Shown here piece by piece: positions 1 through 9,221 of a stretch of 30,146 nt of DNA (position 1 is the first letter of the stretch; every line of letters starts with the position of its first letter). The notes beneath the pieces were generated by a model. That model searched no databases and had not been told where the DNA came from. It worked only from the letters and a program-made list of their open reading frames with translations. Both the position numbers and the translations under genes were made by a program. The DNA comes from Candidatus Fermentibacteraceae bacterium (GTDB lineage Bacteria > Fermentibacterota > Fermentibacteria > Fermentibacterales > JCC-6), in NCBI GenBank assembly GCA_041750285.1, contig JBGSZS010000006.1, positions 1 to 30,146 on the forward strand. The letters are read 5' to 3'.

Positions 1-28
1 CTTCCAGTGTAATGTTGTACTGGGTCAT
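1..28 (-). CDS. N-terminal fragment of a probable IS256-family transposase (partial)
   Basis: ATG at 28 gives MTQYNITLE, similar to M(A/T)QY(N/Q)IT starts of IS256 transposases. Only 9 codons are visible. Confidence 0.5.
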
Positions 29-140
29 CCGACTTCCCTTTCCGAGTTGGTGGTACGACTAGGAGTCCAAGGGAATAGGATGACCCTCTTCTTTCTCTCA
101 CGCAACCCTCAGGAAAGTGCACACTATATCGGGCATGACT
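1..140 (-). mobile_element. Probable left end of an IS256-family insertion sequence (element continues beyond the window start)
   Basis: Read on the minus strand from 140, AGTCATGCCCGATATAGTGTGCACTTT resembles IS256-type terminal inverted repeats (recalled, not aligned). It is followed by an SD-like AAAGGGAAG and an ORF starting MTQYNITLE. Confidence 0.55.
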
Positions 141-152
141 TTGTGAGACCTG

Positions 153-547
153 ATGACGGAAAAAATGATGAGAAAGGCAGCACTGCCTGTTGCATTCATG
201 GCGTTCAGCACGGTTCGTGCAGCGGCGCCCGGTGCTGCATCGACGCCTTCCCGGGAACGGTCCGTTCGTTCATCCGGAACCCGGATTCGGCGGCCGCAAG
301 GCAGCCTTGGGTACCTGTACAGCCTCAGCGGCTTCCTTCCGGTATTCAATGCGGGGCTATCGGCGTCAGTGCTTCAAACCTGGGGCGATCTCCTGGGTGG
401 TGTGGAGCCCGGGCAGACATATGCCGGTATAGAACTGACGACCGCATTCAGCTTTCCCGGGCTCAATGCCGGGGTTTTCCGGCACGTTTGGGGGGCTATG
501 AAGGGCACGGCCGGATGACGACTCAGGGTTTCGGGGCCGGGTTCTGA
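153..547 (+). pseudogene. Probable frameshifted exported/outer-membrane beta-strand protein
   Basis: ORF 153-518 has a signal-like N-terminus and alternating amphipathic strands (GSLGYLYSL, NAGLSASVL, YAGIELTTAF). One extra G in the G6 run at 490-495 would join it to GGYEGHGRMTTQGFGAGF-stop at 547, which ends in Phe. Confidence 0.4.
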
Positions 548-1165
548 TCAACGGGGCCGAGGGACTGTCACTTCCTGCGGCCCGAAAACATAGGGCGCGA
601 CCTGATAGGGCGGGAATATCACCCTGTACGCACAGACGGCTCCCGTGGAGTCTGGAACCGGAAGCAGGCACTGATAGTTCTCTGCCGTGGGGGAGGCGCC
701 GTCCTCGATCCAGAATTCTTCCCCGAGTTCCTGCCGAAGTTTCTTGCCTGCAATCGCGGCGAAGGATGAAAAAGCCTCTTCATTCGGGAACAGGCTTAGT
801 GGAGCAACCAGGGTATCCGCAGTCGTGTCGAATACGAAAGCCCTCGTCCAGCTGTTTCCGTGGGCGCCTCCGGAATACTCCCATATCCATGCCAGGGCGC
901 AGATCAACCCGTTGGGAGAGGGTTCGTGGGTGAAGGAGATCTCGAGGTTCCAGGGCATGGGTTCGGGGTATTCAGATGCAAGGTCGGCGAAATTGGTTCT
1001 GAATGCGTCGGCCTGTGCGAAAGCGTACCCGCCGAGCATACCGGAAAGGACCGGGTTGTCGAGCAGGGAGCCTTCGTAGCTCACCGAAATGGTACAGCCT
1101 GAAGCGTTCACGGTCCATATGCTGTCCGGGGAGAGAAGAAGCAGAAAGACGAGTGGGATGCTCAT
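548..1165 (-). CDS. Exported DUF3298/RsiV-PdaC-like domain protein
   Basis: Hydrophobic N-terminus; motifs YSGGAHG and FPPYQVAPY..GPQEV. ATGA overlap with the ABC gene stop. Confidence 0.8.
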   Translation of the reverse strand: MSIPLVFLLLLSPDSIWTVNASGCTISVSYEGSLLDNPVLSGMLGGYAFAQADAFRTNFADLASEYPEPMPWNLEISFTHEPSPNGLICALAWIWEYSGGAHGNSWTRAFVFDTTADTLVAPLSLFPNEEAFSSFAAIAGKKLRQELGEEFWIEDGASPTAENYQCLLPVPDSTGAVCAYRVIFPPYQVAPYVFGPQEVTVPRPR

Positions 1166-2838
1166 TTCTCATCCTCCGGTTGCCGGATCGTTATCACGCG
1201 GTCAACCTTGTCCACAGTGGATTCCCGGTGGGCAATGATCAGGCAGGTCCTGTCACGGAGAAGGTCCATCACCGCAGCCTTGACCTGTGTTTCGCTCTCC
1301 TTGTCCAGGGCACTGGTGGCCTCGTCCAGCAGTACTATCCCGGGATCCCGCAGGAAAATCCTGGCAAGTGCGATGCGCTGCCTCTGGCCGCCCGAGAGCA
1401 GGCATCCCCGTTCCCCTGCCGGCGTATCGTACTTGCCGGGAAGCTCAATGATGAAGTGGTGGGCATGGGCGGCAATGGCGGCGCGCTCGACCTCTTCCCG
1501 CGAAGCGCCGGGTCTGCCCATCAATATGTTCTCCAGAATGGACGAGTTGAACAGGAAGGGCTCCTGAAGTACGACGCCGATGCAGCCCCTGAGTGAATCG
1601 AGTGTATACTCTCTCAGCGGAACGCCGTCCAGAAGGATCTCACCCCTGTCCGGATCGTGGAACCTAAGCATCAGCGAAACCAGTGTTGTCTTTCCCGCTC
1701 CGCTCTCGCCGGCGATGGCGACGGTTTCCCCGGGCTCCACGACGAAACTGAGCCCGGAGAACACGGGATTGCCGCCCGGATAGGCGAACTGCACGTCCCT
1801 GAACTCGATGCGGCCCCGGGGGTTGCATAGTACCCTGGCATCAGGGTGCTGGGTTACCGCTTCGGGGGTGTCGAGGACCCCGAAGACCCTCTCCGCAGCT
1901 CCAACGGCTTGCAGAACCTGTCCGGCTGCACCGGCGAAGGAACCGACCGGCCCGAACAGCATGCCGAAGTAGCCTGTGAAAGCCATGAGAACACCCAGCT
2001 GCATCCTTCCCCCGATGACCTCCAGACCACCAAGGTAAAGCAGCAGGATCATGCTGAACATGGCGACGAGACTTCCCCCGTTGAAGATGAAGCCCTTCAG
2101 CGTCAGCCTGAGCTGGCTGGCCAGAAGTGACGTGAGCGACCCGCTGAACCCCGATGCCTGAGTCTTCTCGAGATTGTAGGCCGCCGAGGTTCGGAGACCG
2201 GCTATCTGTTCCTGCAGAAGCGAGTTGAAGTCAGCCCTTCTTTCCTGGACCTCTTTGGACGCCCGCTTGATGATCCCTCCCGCAAGTGCGACCAGTACGG
2301 CGAAAGCCGGTACGGAGGGCAGGGCGATCAGTGTCAGTCTGGCGTTGATGCCCAGCATTACACCCAGGACCACCACGAACCTCACCGCCTCGGTGAGCAG
2401 GTTCACGAACAATGAGGAGTAGAGCCCCTGCATCACCGGTACGTCGCTGGTGAAGGTGGACATGATGTCGCCGGTCTTGCTGCGGTCGGCAAATGCTGCC
2501 GAAAGGAGCTGGACCTTCCGGTGCAGCGCTTTACGAAGGTCATTTGCGGCCCTGTTGCTCATCCAGGTGAAAAGATAAGTTCCGGCCATACCCGTTAACG
2601 TCTGCAGAAGCACTGCTCCGGTGAAAAAAAGGGCAACGGTCCGGAGAAGGGGGATGTTGCCCTCGAGAAGCACCTTGTCGATGAGAATCCGGTTGACCCA
2701 GGGCTGAACCAGCCCGGTTCCGGCCGAAACGACCGTGATCACCAGTCCCACGATCTGCCACCTCAGGTATGGTCGCAGGAACGACAGGGTTCTGCCCAGG
2801 ATTCGGCGACTGGCAAGGATTTCCCGAAAACCGTTCAT
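1162..2838 (-). CDS. ABC exporter, fused permease + ATPase (MsbA/MdlB-like)
   Basis: N-terminal TM domain; Walker A GESGAGKTT, signature LSGGQRQR, Walker B IVLLDEATSALD, H-loop IIAHR. Confidence 0.95.
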   Translation of the reverse strand: MNGFREILASRRILGRTLSFLRPYLRWQIVGLVITVVSAGTGLVQPWVNRILIDKVLLEGNIPLLRTVALFFTGAVLLQTLTGMAGTYLFTWMSNRAANDLRKALHRKVQLLSAAFADRSKTGDIMSTFTSDVPVMQGLYSSLFVNLLTEAVRFVVVLGVMLGINARLTLIALPSVPAFAVLVALAGGIIKRASKEVQERRADFNSLLQEQIAGLRTSAAYNLEKTQASGFSGSLTSLLASQLRLTLKGFIFNGGSLVAMFSMILLLYLGGLEVIGGRMQLGVLMAFTGYFGMLFGPVGSFAGAAGQVLQAVGAAERVFGVLDTPEAVTQHPDARVLCNPRGRIEFRDVQFAYPGGNPVFSGLSFVVEPGETVAIAGESGAGKTTLVSLMLRFHDPDRGEILLDGVPLREYTLDSLRGCIGVVLQEPFLFNSSILENILMGRPGASREEVERAAIAAHAHHFIIELPGKYDTPAGERGCLLSGGQRQRIALARIFLRDPGIVLLDEATSALDKESETQVKAAVMDLLRDRTCLIIAHRESTVDKVDRVITIRQPEDEK

Positions 2839-2983
2839 GGCCCGATTATGTGAAGTCAGGGCTGATTCGCAACCTTGCCTTCGTTAAAACCCCTGGCTCA
2901 GCCGGGAATCGTGAGCCTCTCCCCGTTACGGCATGGTCGGTTGCAGTACTGGATATATTGTGCTGACAGGAGGGAGGGACGCT

Positions 2984-3136
2984 TTGGGTTGCTGCCTGCC
3001 GGTTTTTGTGGGGGGGGTCGCCGGACTTCTCGGGTTGCCGCTGTTGCTGCTGACATCCGCCGCCCTTGTCTGGAAGCTCGCGCTTCCCGTTGCGGCGCTG
3101 CTGCTGATACTGCACCTTGTGAGGAAGCAGGATTAG
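2984..3136 (+). CDS. Small hydrophobic membrane protein (50 aa)
   Basis: Strong SD AGGAGGGAGG just before TTG at 2984. Product MGCCLPVFVGG...LILHLVRKQD has two hydrophobic segments and a basic tail. Confidence 0.6.
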   Translation: MGCCLPVFVGGVAGLLGLPLLLLTSAALVWKLALPVAALLLILHLVRKQD

Positions 3137-3304
3137 GGAAGCCGTCAAGCCCCGTCGGGCAGCGTTGCCTCGAGAGATCCCGCCCGGTGCCGAAGAGAGT
3201 TCTGCCCTTTGCCGAACGGCAGGAGCTTCCGGCTGGAGAGGAAGCAATCGAAACAATGGCATGAGGGCCATTCTTGTGATCGGTCAATAACAGAGTGATG
3301 CAGC

Positions 3305-3661
3305 ATGGTGCAACTGGTCGTCAAGTTCCTGGTCTCGGCATTGTTGATCCTGGTCGCATCGGAGATCGCGAAGCGGACCGGCAGGATGGGTGCCCTGATC
3401 GCAGCGCTGCCTTTTGTCGCAATCATGGTGATGGTCTGGCTGCATGTCGAGAACCAGGGGAATCAGAAGATCGGTGAGTACGCCCACTTCACTTTCTGGT
3501 ATGTGATACCGACCCTTCCGATGTTCCTGCTGATGTCATGGCTGATGTCTCGAAACGTCGACTTCTGGCTGTCTCTGCTCATATGTGCATTGTTCACTGC
3601 AGTTTGCTTCGTCATTACAGCCTTTGTTGCAAGGAGATTCGGCACGGACATCATGCCTTGA
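3305..3661 (+). CDS. DUF3147-family small membrane protein
   Basis: Pattern KFLVSALLILVASEIAKR..GALIAALP and TFWYVIPTLPMF; about four TM segments. Confidence 0.85.
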   Translation: MVQLVVKFLVSALLILVASEIAKRTGRMGALIAALPFVAIMVMVWLHVENQGNQKIGEYAHFTFWYVIPTLPMFLLMSWLMSRNVDFWLSLLICALFTAVCFVITAFVARRFGTDIMP

Positions 3662-3713
3662 TGGCCAATCAACCCGGAACGCCATTTTCTCAGGATTGAA
3701 CCCGCATGGAGCA

Positions 3714-4283
3714 TTACGCGGCAATGGGCCTTCTTCTGAAGACCCTTTTCAGTAACCTGATCCCGAAAATACCGGCGATGATGAGCAGGAGCACGGCCAT
3801 CACGGGAACCAGGACCGAGAGGACCGACATTATCACCGAGAACACGCTCTCCAGCGTGGAGAGTATCGGATTGCCCGCCCCCCCGGTGGTGGCGGTTGAT
3901 CCGCCGTGCAGGATATTGCTTGCCGCACTGCCCGCGAGGGATGCGCCTCCCCCGGCAATCACCGCAAGGGTCCAGGTAAGGAACGGGTTCATGTCGAGGA
4001 TGACCGCGGCCGTTATGACGATTCCCGCCACCACGGTCAGCGGGATGCTGACGGCGTTCAGGGCGTTGTCGACGACCGGTATCAGGTAGGCCAGAATCTC
4101 GAGGACTGTTGCCACTCCGAAGGCGATCAGGGCGGGTGTGCTCTGTATCCAGGTGAAGGCGGGGGAGAGGTGGAGAAGGTCGAGTTGACCGGTGATGCTC
4201 ATCACGAGCAGTGGCACGAATATTCTGAAGCCGCACGTGGCGCTGAGGCCTATGCCTATCAGAATGCTGGCCACGGTTTCCAT
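3714..4283 (-). CDS. DUF4126-family membrane protein
   Basis: GIGLSATCGFRIFVPLL, LEILAYLIPVVDNAL and TTGGAGNPILSTLES motifs. SD GAGAGGA before ATG at 4283. Confidence 0.9.
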   Translation of the reverse strand: METVASILIGIGLSATCGFRIFVPLLVMSITGQLDLLHLSPAFTWIQSTPALIAFGVATVLEILAYLIPVVDNALNAVSIPLTVVAGIVITAAVILDMNPFLTWTLAVIAGGGASLAGSAASNILHGGSTATTGGAGNPILSTLESVFSVIMSVLSVLVPVMAVLLLIIAGIFGIRLLKRVFRRRPIAA

Positions 4284-4293
4284 ATTCTTCCTC

Positions 4294-5802
4294 TCAGCGG
4301 TCGAGCCACAATGCCCCGGTTCTGATCCTTCCGTCGAACCATTGCCGGTCCGGGTCTTCCGGAACAACGTCCTCGAATATGACAAGGTCGACACCCAGTT
4401 GGGAAGCCAGTTCCCTTGCCCCGGCAGATGGCCATGTATTCAGTATCGCAGCCGTTTCGGCGTAGCCTTCGGGGTAGCTTGTGCTGTAGCCGTTAACGCT
4501 TGGGGTGAAATGCAGAGTTGAGCACAGCAGGCGCATGGCTTCGACCGTTGGAAGGTCGAGTTCCTGATTTACTGGCAGGTAGAGAACCCTTTGCGCCTTC
4601 TGGCCGGCGATCCATGAATGGTGCTCGGGAATGATCACCGGCATTGTCGTAACCCCCGGATGGGCTGCTTCGGTCAGGGCGATCGCCATTCCCGCCAGTG
4701 CCCAGGCCGGTTTCCTGCCCAGCTGCCGGGCGGCAGGTATCAGAAGCGGAAGGAAAGCCAGGTAGGCGGCCCTTGCCGGAAGCCTGAGGGCAGCCCCGCC
4801 GGGGAGCAGCTCAATCACCCTGAAGGGTCCCGGGCAGAGCTCCCTGCCCCATGCAGTGACGGTGGGCCCGAGGCTGTAGGCCAGGAAAAGGATGCCAATC
4901 GCCAGGATCGTTCCAGTGTTTCCATTCTCTTTCCTGAAGAAACCCCAGATGCTTCCTGCGACAAGCGCGATGCCAGGCCACAGGGCGGCCTCGGGGTGGG
5001 CATGTGTGCTTCGGAGCCATCCCGTTGCGAAGCTTGTTTCCCAGGGGCTTACAAAGGATGATGCGTCGGTGCTTGTGATCGTGTTCATGTCCCACTGGGC
5101 GGCGTTCTGAAGCTGGGGAACAAGGAAGGGGAGCATGAGGGCGTTGCCCAGAAAGACCGGGAGAAGAAGAGTCGCGGCGTTCTTTCTGTTCTTCGTTGCG
5201 AGGGTCGAGAGAAGGACAATGAGAAGGGCGATGTCAAGGAAGTACCAGTGGTAAAGGCTTGCAAGCCCCTGAAGGGGGATGATGGCGACCAGCGGCCATC
5301 CCCTGCTTCGGCCCTCGGAAGCGCGCAGGGCGAACATGATACCTGCGATCGCAAGCCCCGCGCTCTGAAGCTGAAGGTGCCAAAGGTGGCTCTGGAAGTA
5401 GGGCAGGGTGATGAAGGCGGTTCCGGCGAAGGCAGCCCCCCAGGCGGATGCCCCCCTGTCTCTGGCAAAGACACCCGCTGCGAATCCGGACAGCGAAAGG
5501 CTCAGCCACATGAGAATGTTGTGGATACGGACAGGATCCCGGGTGGCGATCCGGGCGGGGAGCGAGGCCATCCACTGGGTGAGGAGTATGTCGCTGCGGC
5601 CGTCACCGTCAGGAAAACCCGAGAACTGGGGAGTGGACAGGGGATTGTCGAGGTGTGTGAGGGCATGGTGGTTCCATGCGATCAGCCATGCGTTGAACAG
5701 CGTGTCGCCGTGATCATGGGGGTTTCGGGAAAACGGCAGCGGCCAGAGGACCACTGCCGAAATCCCAAGGCAAATGAGCAGAAGGGGGAGTTTCCCCCTC
5801 AT
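4294..5802 (-). CDS. Multi-pass membrane protein, GT-C/YfhO-like
   Basis: Many TM segments; HGD after the first TM; LRLPAR and SVNGYS motifs; C-terminal soluble domain. Starts 1 nt after the proS stop. Confidence 0.65.
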   Translation of the reverse strand: MRGKLPLLLICLGISAVVLWPLPFSRNPHDHGDTLFNAWLIAWNHHALTHLDNPLSTPQFSGFPDGDGRSDILLTQWMASLPARIATRDPVRIHNILMWLSLSLSGFAAGVFARDRGASAWGAAFAGTAFITLPYFQSHLWHLQLQSAGLAIAGIMFALRASEGRSRGWPLVAIIPLQGLASLYHWYFLDIALLIVLLSTLATKNRKNAATLLLPVFLGNALMLPFLVPQLQNAAQWDMNTITSTDASSFVSPWETSFATGWLRSTHAHPEAALWPGIALVAGSIWGFFRKENGNTGTILAIGILFLAYSLGPTVTAWGRELCPGPFRVIELLPGGAALRLPARAAYLAFLPLLIPAARQLGRKPAWALAGMAIALTEAAHPGVTTMPVIIPEHHSWIAGQKAQRVLYLPVNQELDLPTVEAMRLLCSTLHFTPSVNGYSTSYPEGYAETAAILNTWPSAGARELASQLGVDLVIFEDVVPEDPDRQWFDGRIRTGALWLDR

Positions 5803-5803
5803 G

Positions 5804-7237
5804 TCAGTAGGCCCGGGCCAGTATCGCCCTGGTGGATGTTCTTCTGCCTGTCATGAAACACATTCCCTCGCCGCCCGGCTGTTCCAGCGGAATGCACCTG
5901 ACGGTTGCGCTCGTCTCCTCCTGAATGCGGTTCTCGTCTTCCCTCGAGCCGTCCCACCATACCCTGTAGAAGCCCGGCTTCTCCGGGATCAGCCTCTTGA
6001 ACTCCTCGAACGTCTCCACATCGAAAGTGCGGCTCTCACGGAAGTCGGTCGCTTCCTTGAGCATCTGGTCGTGGATGTCATTCAGGAGGGCGGGGATCTT
6101 CCCCGTCAGCTCCGACAGGGGAAGGGTGAACTTTTCTTTTCTGTTCCGCTGTGCCAGTGTCGCATGGCCGGCGTCGAGGTCGCGCGGGCCGATCTCGATC
6201 CGCAGTGGAACACCCCTGACCTCCCAGTGGTTGAACTTGAAGCCGGGACTCATGTTGTCGCGGCTGTCGACACTTGCCCTGATCCCCATCGACAGAAGCT
6301 CTTTCACGATGGCATCACAGGCTTCCATGACCTGGGAGGCCCTGGGATCCTGCATGCCTATCGGAATGATGACGACCTGAACCGGGGCGATGCGGGGAGG
6401 GAGCCTGAGGCCGTTCGCGTCGCCGTGTGCCATTATCACGGCGCCCACGAGGCGGGTGCTCACGCCCCAGCTGCTCTGGTGTACGAACTGCCTTTGATTG
6501 TCGCGGTCGAGGAAAGTGGTTTCGAACACCCTGGCAAAGTTGGTGCCCAGGTAGTGGCTGGTCCCCCCCTGAAGGGCCCAGCCGTTGCCCATCATGGCCT
6601 CGATGGTGTAGGTGTCTACCGCGCCGGCGAAACGCTCCTTCTCGGTCTTCACTCCGGGTATCACGGGAACGGCCGCCATCTCCCGCATGAAGTCGGAGTA
6701 GACCGAAAGCATCCGCATGGTCTCCTCCCGTGCCTCCTGCTCGGTGGCGTGGGCCGTATGCCCCTCCTGCCACAGGAACTCGGTGGTTCTGAGGAACGCC
6801 CGGGGCCGGAGTTCCCAGCGCACGACGTTCGCCCACTGGTTGAGCAGCATGGGAAGGTCGCGGTAGCTTCCTATCCATTTGCTGAACATGTGGTTGATGA
6901 TGGTCTCGCTTGTCGGGCGGACTACCAGGGGTTCTTCGAGCTGCCTGCCGCCGGCATGGGTAACCACCGCCAGTTCAGGTGAAAAACCCTCCACATGCTG
7001 AGCTTCCCTGTTGATGAAGCTCTGGGGTATGAAGAGCGGAAAATAGGCATTGGTGTGGCCGGTTGCCTTGAATCTTCCGTCAAGATCGCTCTGCATCAGT
7101 TCCCAGATGGCGTAGCCGTATGGACGGATGACCATGCAGCCCCGGACCGGGGCCGAGTCGGCCAGTTCAGCTTCACGGATGACGTCCTGGTACCATCTGG
7201 CGAAGTCGGTCTCAGGGCTTGTGATGTTCTTTGCCAT
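5804..7237 (-). CDS. proS: Proline--tRNA ligase, archaeal/eukaryotic-like type
   Basis: DFARWYQDVI, VRGCMVIRPYG, HVEGFSPE, RPTSET, FLRTTEFLWQEGHT, QGGTSH, SWGVSTR, and C-terminal ATVRCIP...ARAY. Confidence 0.98.
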   Translation of the reverse strand: MAKNITSPETDFARWYQDVIREAELADSAPVRGCMVIRPYGYAIWELMQSDLDGRFKATGHTNAYFPLFIPQSFINREAQHVEGFSPELAVVTHAGGRQLEEPLVVRPTSETIINHMFSKWIGSYRDLPMLLNQWANVVRWELRPRAFLRTTEFLWQEGHTAHATEQEAREETMRMLSVYSDFMREMAAVPVIPGVKTEKERFAGAVDTYTIEAMMGNGWALQGGTSHYLGTNFARVFETTFLDRDNQRQFVHQSSWGVSTRLVGAVIMAHGDANGLRLPPRIAPVQVVIIPIGMQDPRASQVMEACDAIVKELLSMGIRASVDSRDNMSPGFKFNHWEVRGVPLRIEIGPRDLDAGHATLAQRNRKEKFTLPLSELTGKIPALLNDIHDQMLKEATDFRESRTFDVETFEEFKRLIPEKPGFYRVWWDGSREDENRIQEETSATVRCIPLEQPGGEGMCFMTGRRTSTRAILARAY

Positions 7238-7472
7238 GGGTTTCCCTCGCACGGTTTCGGGGGGTTTGACCCCGCCCTTGTTGGTGGGTAATATATGCGC
7301 ATGGGGGCCATCGCCTGAGAGTGCGATTAGGTTACTGATGAAGGCATCGCCCCGTCGTGTCGCAAGCGCCCTGACGGGAAGCCTGGCAGACCGACCGGCC
7401 GTACAAGTCCTTTAACCCTGACTCTCTGTATCATTCTTCAGTCCTTGGCCCCCTCCCGCTTTCATCGGAGGG

Positions 7473-8363
7473 GTGATGAACCGCAACGGAACAGACAGGT
7501 CCCCTTCGGACCGGCTTGACCTTTTCTGGCTGGTGACAACGGGCGCCTACGCGGCGCTTATGGGAGCGATCCCTTTCCTGCGGCTTGTGCCGCGATTTCC
7601 CGTCCTTGTTCCCGTCTGGATCGTATTCGCCCTTCTCTACCGTTGGAAGAGGCTTCCCGGCTGGAGCCCCATGATCCTCAGCTTCGCTTTCCTGGGGCTG
7701 TGCTACTGGGGCCTCAGGTTCGTTGTTTCCACCTGGACCGGAGCCTTCAACGGCATGAACGTGGCCGTCTTCGAGGAACGGGTGTTCGGCGTCCTTCCGC
7801 CGGTCTGGCTTCAACAGAAGCTGGGATGCGCGGGGCAGACCCGCTGGTTCGACTACCTGTTCGCAGGGCTGCACTCCTCGTTCTTCCTGATCCCGGTACT
7901 CACGCCCTTCATCGCCTTCAGGAGGGTGGGGGAAACTGCAATGCGCCGTGCGGTGACCTCCTTTGCGCTGCTCACGACCCTGGGCTACGCGACCTATGTC
8001 CTCTGGCCGCTAACCCCCCCGTGGATGCAGGCGATCGAGGGTGGTGTTCCCCACCTCGACCGCTGCATGTTCAGGGCACTCAAGGATTTCATGCCGGGTT
8101 TCCTTGTGGGCAACTTCTCAATGAGCCCAAGGGCAGCCATGCCGTCCCTCCATGCAGCCGTTCCCATGCTGATGACCCTTGTACTCATCCGTGAGACCGG
8201 ATTCCGCCGCAGCTTCTGGACGCTCTTCGTCCTTCTCGGAATCAGTTTCGAGATCCTTTACGGCGGCGAACACTATGCCACCGACGTTGTGGTGGGTTAC
8301 ATCTACGCACTGGCGGCCTTCCTCGCCGTGTACGTTCCCGGAAGGTTTCAAACCAGGGGCTAG
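7473..8363 (+). CDS. PAP2-superfamily membrane phosphotransferase, Aur1/IPC-synthase-like (PAP2_3)
   Basis: P.TPPW, AAMPSLH and HYATDVVVG motifs; multiple TM segments; SD GGAGGGG upstream (start GTG 7473 or ATG 7476). Confidence 0.85.
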   Translation: MMNRNGTDRSPSDRLDLFWLVTTGAYAALMGAIPFLRLVPRFPVLVPVWIVFALLYRWKRLPGWSPMILSFAFLGLCYWGLRFVVSTWTGAFNGMNVAVFEERVFGVLPPVWLQQKLGCAGQTRWFDYLFAGLHSSFFLIPVLTPFIAFRRVGETAMRRAVTSFALLTTLGYATYVLWPLTPPWMQAIEGGVPHLDRCMFRALKDFMPGFLVGNFSMSPRAAMPSLHAAVPMLMTLVLIRETGFRRSFWTLFVLLGISFEILYGGEHYATDVVVGYIYALAAFLAVYVPGRFQTRG

Positions 8364-8405
8364 CCTGTTATTATCCCGCAGGTTTTGCGGCGATGGGAGG
8401 GAAGC

Positions 8406-9221
8406 ATGTCCGGTGTCACCGTCAGAAGCCTTGGGAACATGAAGTCCAGGGGCGAGAAGATCGTGGCTCTTACCGCGTACGATTACCATACCGCACGAAT
8501 CGAGGCTCTGGCCGGGGTTCATTTGATCCTTGTGGGAGATTCCTACGAAATGGCCGTGCTCGGTGGTGAGACCACGCTCGGGGCATCACTCGAAGTACTG
8601 CTGACCATTGCCGCCTCGGTGAAGAAGGGTGCCCCCGGGGTCCTCGTTGTGGGTGACATGCCCTTCGGGAGCTATCAGGAGTCCTGCGCCCAGGCGGTGC
8701 GCAACGCATCCAGATTCCTGGCCGAGGCGGGTGTCGATGCCGTGAAACTGGAGGGGGGGAACCCCCGGATGGTTCGAAGGGTCAGGGCCATCGTTGAATC
8801 GGGAATTCCGGTCATGGGCCATGGGGGTCTTCTGCCCCAGTCCATCCGGCTCGACGGGGGCTACCGTGTCATCCGCCGGGAAAACCGTGACGAGTTGCTT
8901 CGCCAGTGCGACGCGCTTGTGGAAGCGGGGGTTTTCAGCCTGATCCTGGAGGGAGTTGAGGAAGAGCTGGCCCGGGAGGTCACCGAGAGGGTCCCGGTGC
9001 CGGTGATAGGCATTGGCGCGGGTCGCTTCACCGACGGCCAGATCCTTGTCATCACCGACATACTCGGCCTTGACCCCTCGTTCAAACCAAGGTTCCTGAA
9101 GAGATACGCAGACATCAATGAAACCATCCTGCAGGCGGTGCGGCAGTACGCAGTGGAAGTGGTGTCAGGCGAGTTCCCCGGCCATGAGAACGTTTTCAGT
9201 GAAGAAGGGGGACAGCCTTGA
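8406..9221 (+). CDS. panB: 3-methyl-2-oxobutanoate hydroxymethyltransferase
   Basis: LTAYD, ILVGDS, GDMPFGSY, AVKLEGG, IPVMGH, IGIGAG..TDGQILV. SD GGAGGGA before ATG at 8406. Confidence 0.97.
   Translation: MSGVTVRSLGNMKSRGEKIVALTAYDYHTARIEALAGVHLILVGDSYEMAVLGGETTLGASLEVLLTIAASVKKGAPGVLVVGDMPFGSYQESCAQAVRNASRFLAEAGVDAVKLEGGNPRMVRRVRAIVESGIPVMGHGGLLPQSIRLDGGYRVIRRENRDELLRQCDALVEAGVFSLILEGVEEELAREVTERVPVPVIGIGAGRFTDGQILVITDILGLDPSFKPRFLKRYADINETILQAVRQYAVEVVSGEFPGHENVFSEEGGQP

Noticed and set aside
3137..3304. Short inverted repeats (TGCCG/CGGCA, GCTTCC/GGAAGC, AATGGC/GCCATT)
   Set aside because: Stems of 5-6 bp are expected by chance at this GC content; no U-tract or known RNA motif.
5774..6982. 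402-aa plus-strand ORF
   Set aside because: Antisense shadow of proS in GC-rich DNA; no recognisable motifs.
5804..7237. Archaeal/eukaryotic-type ProRS as evidence of recent transfer
   Set aside because: This type is widespread in bacteria and the composition matches neighbouring genes.
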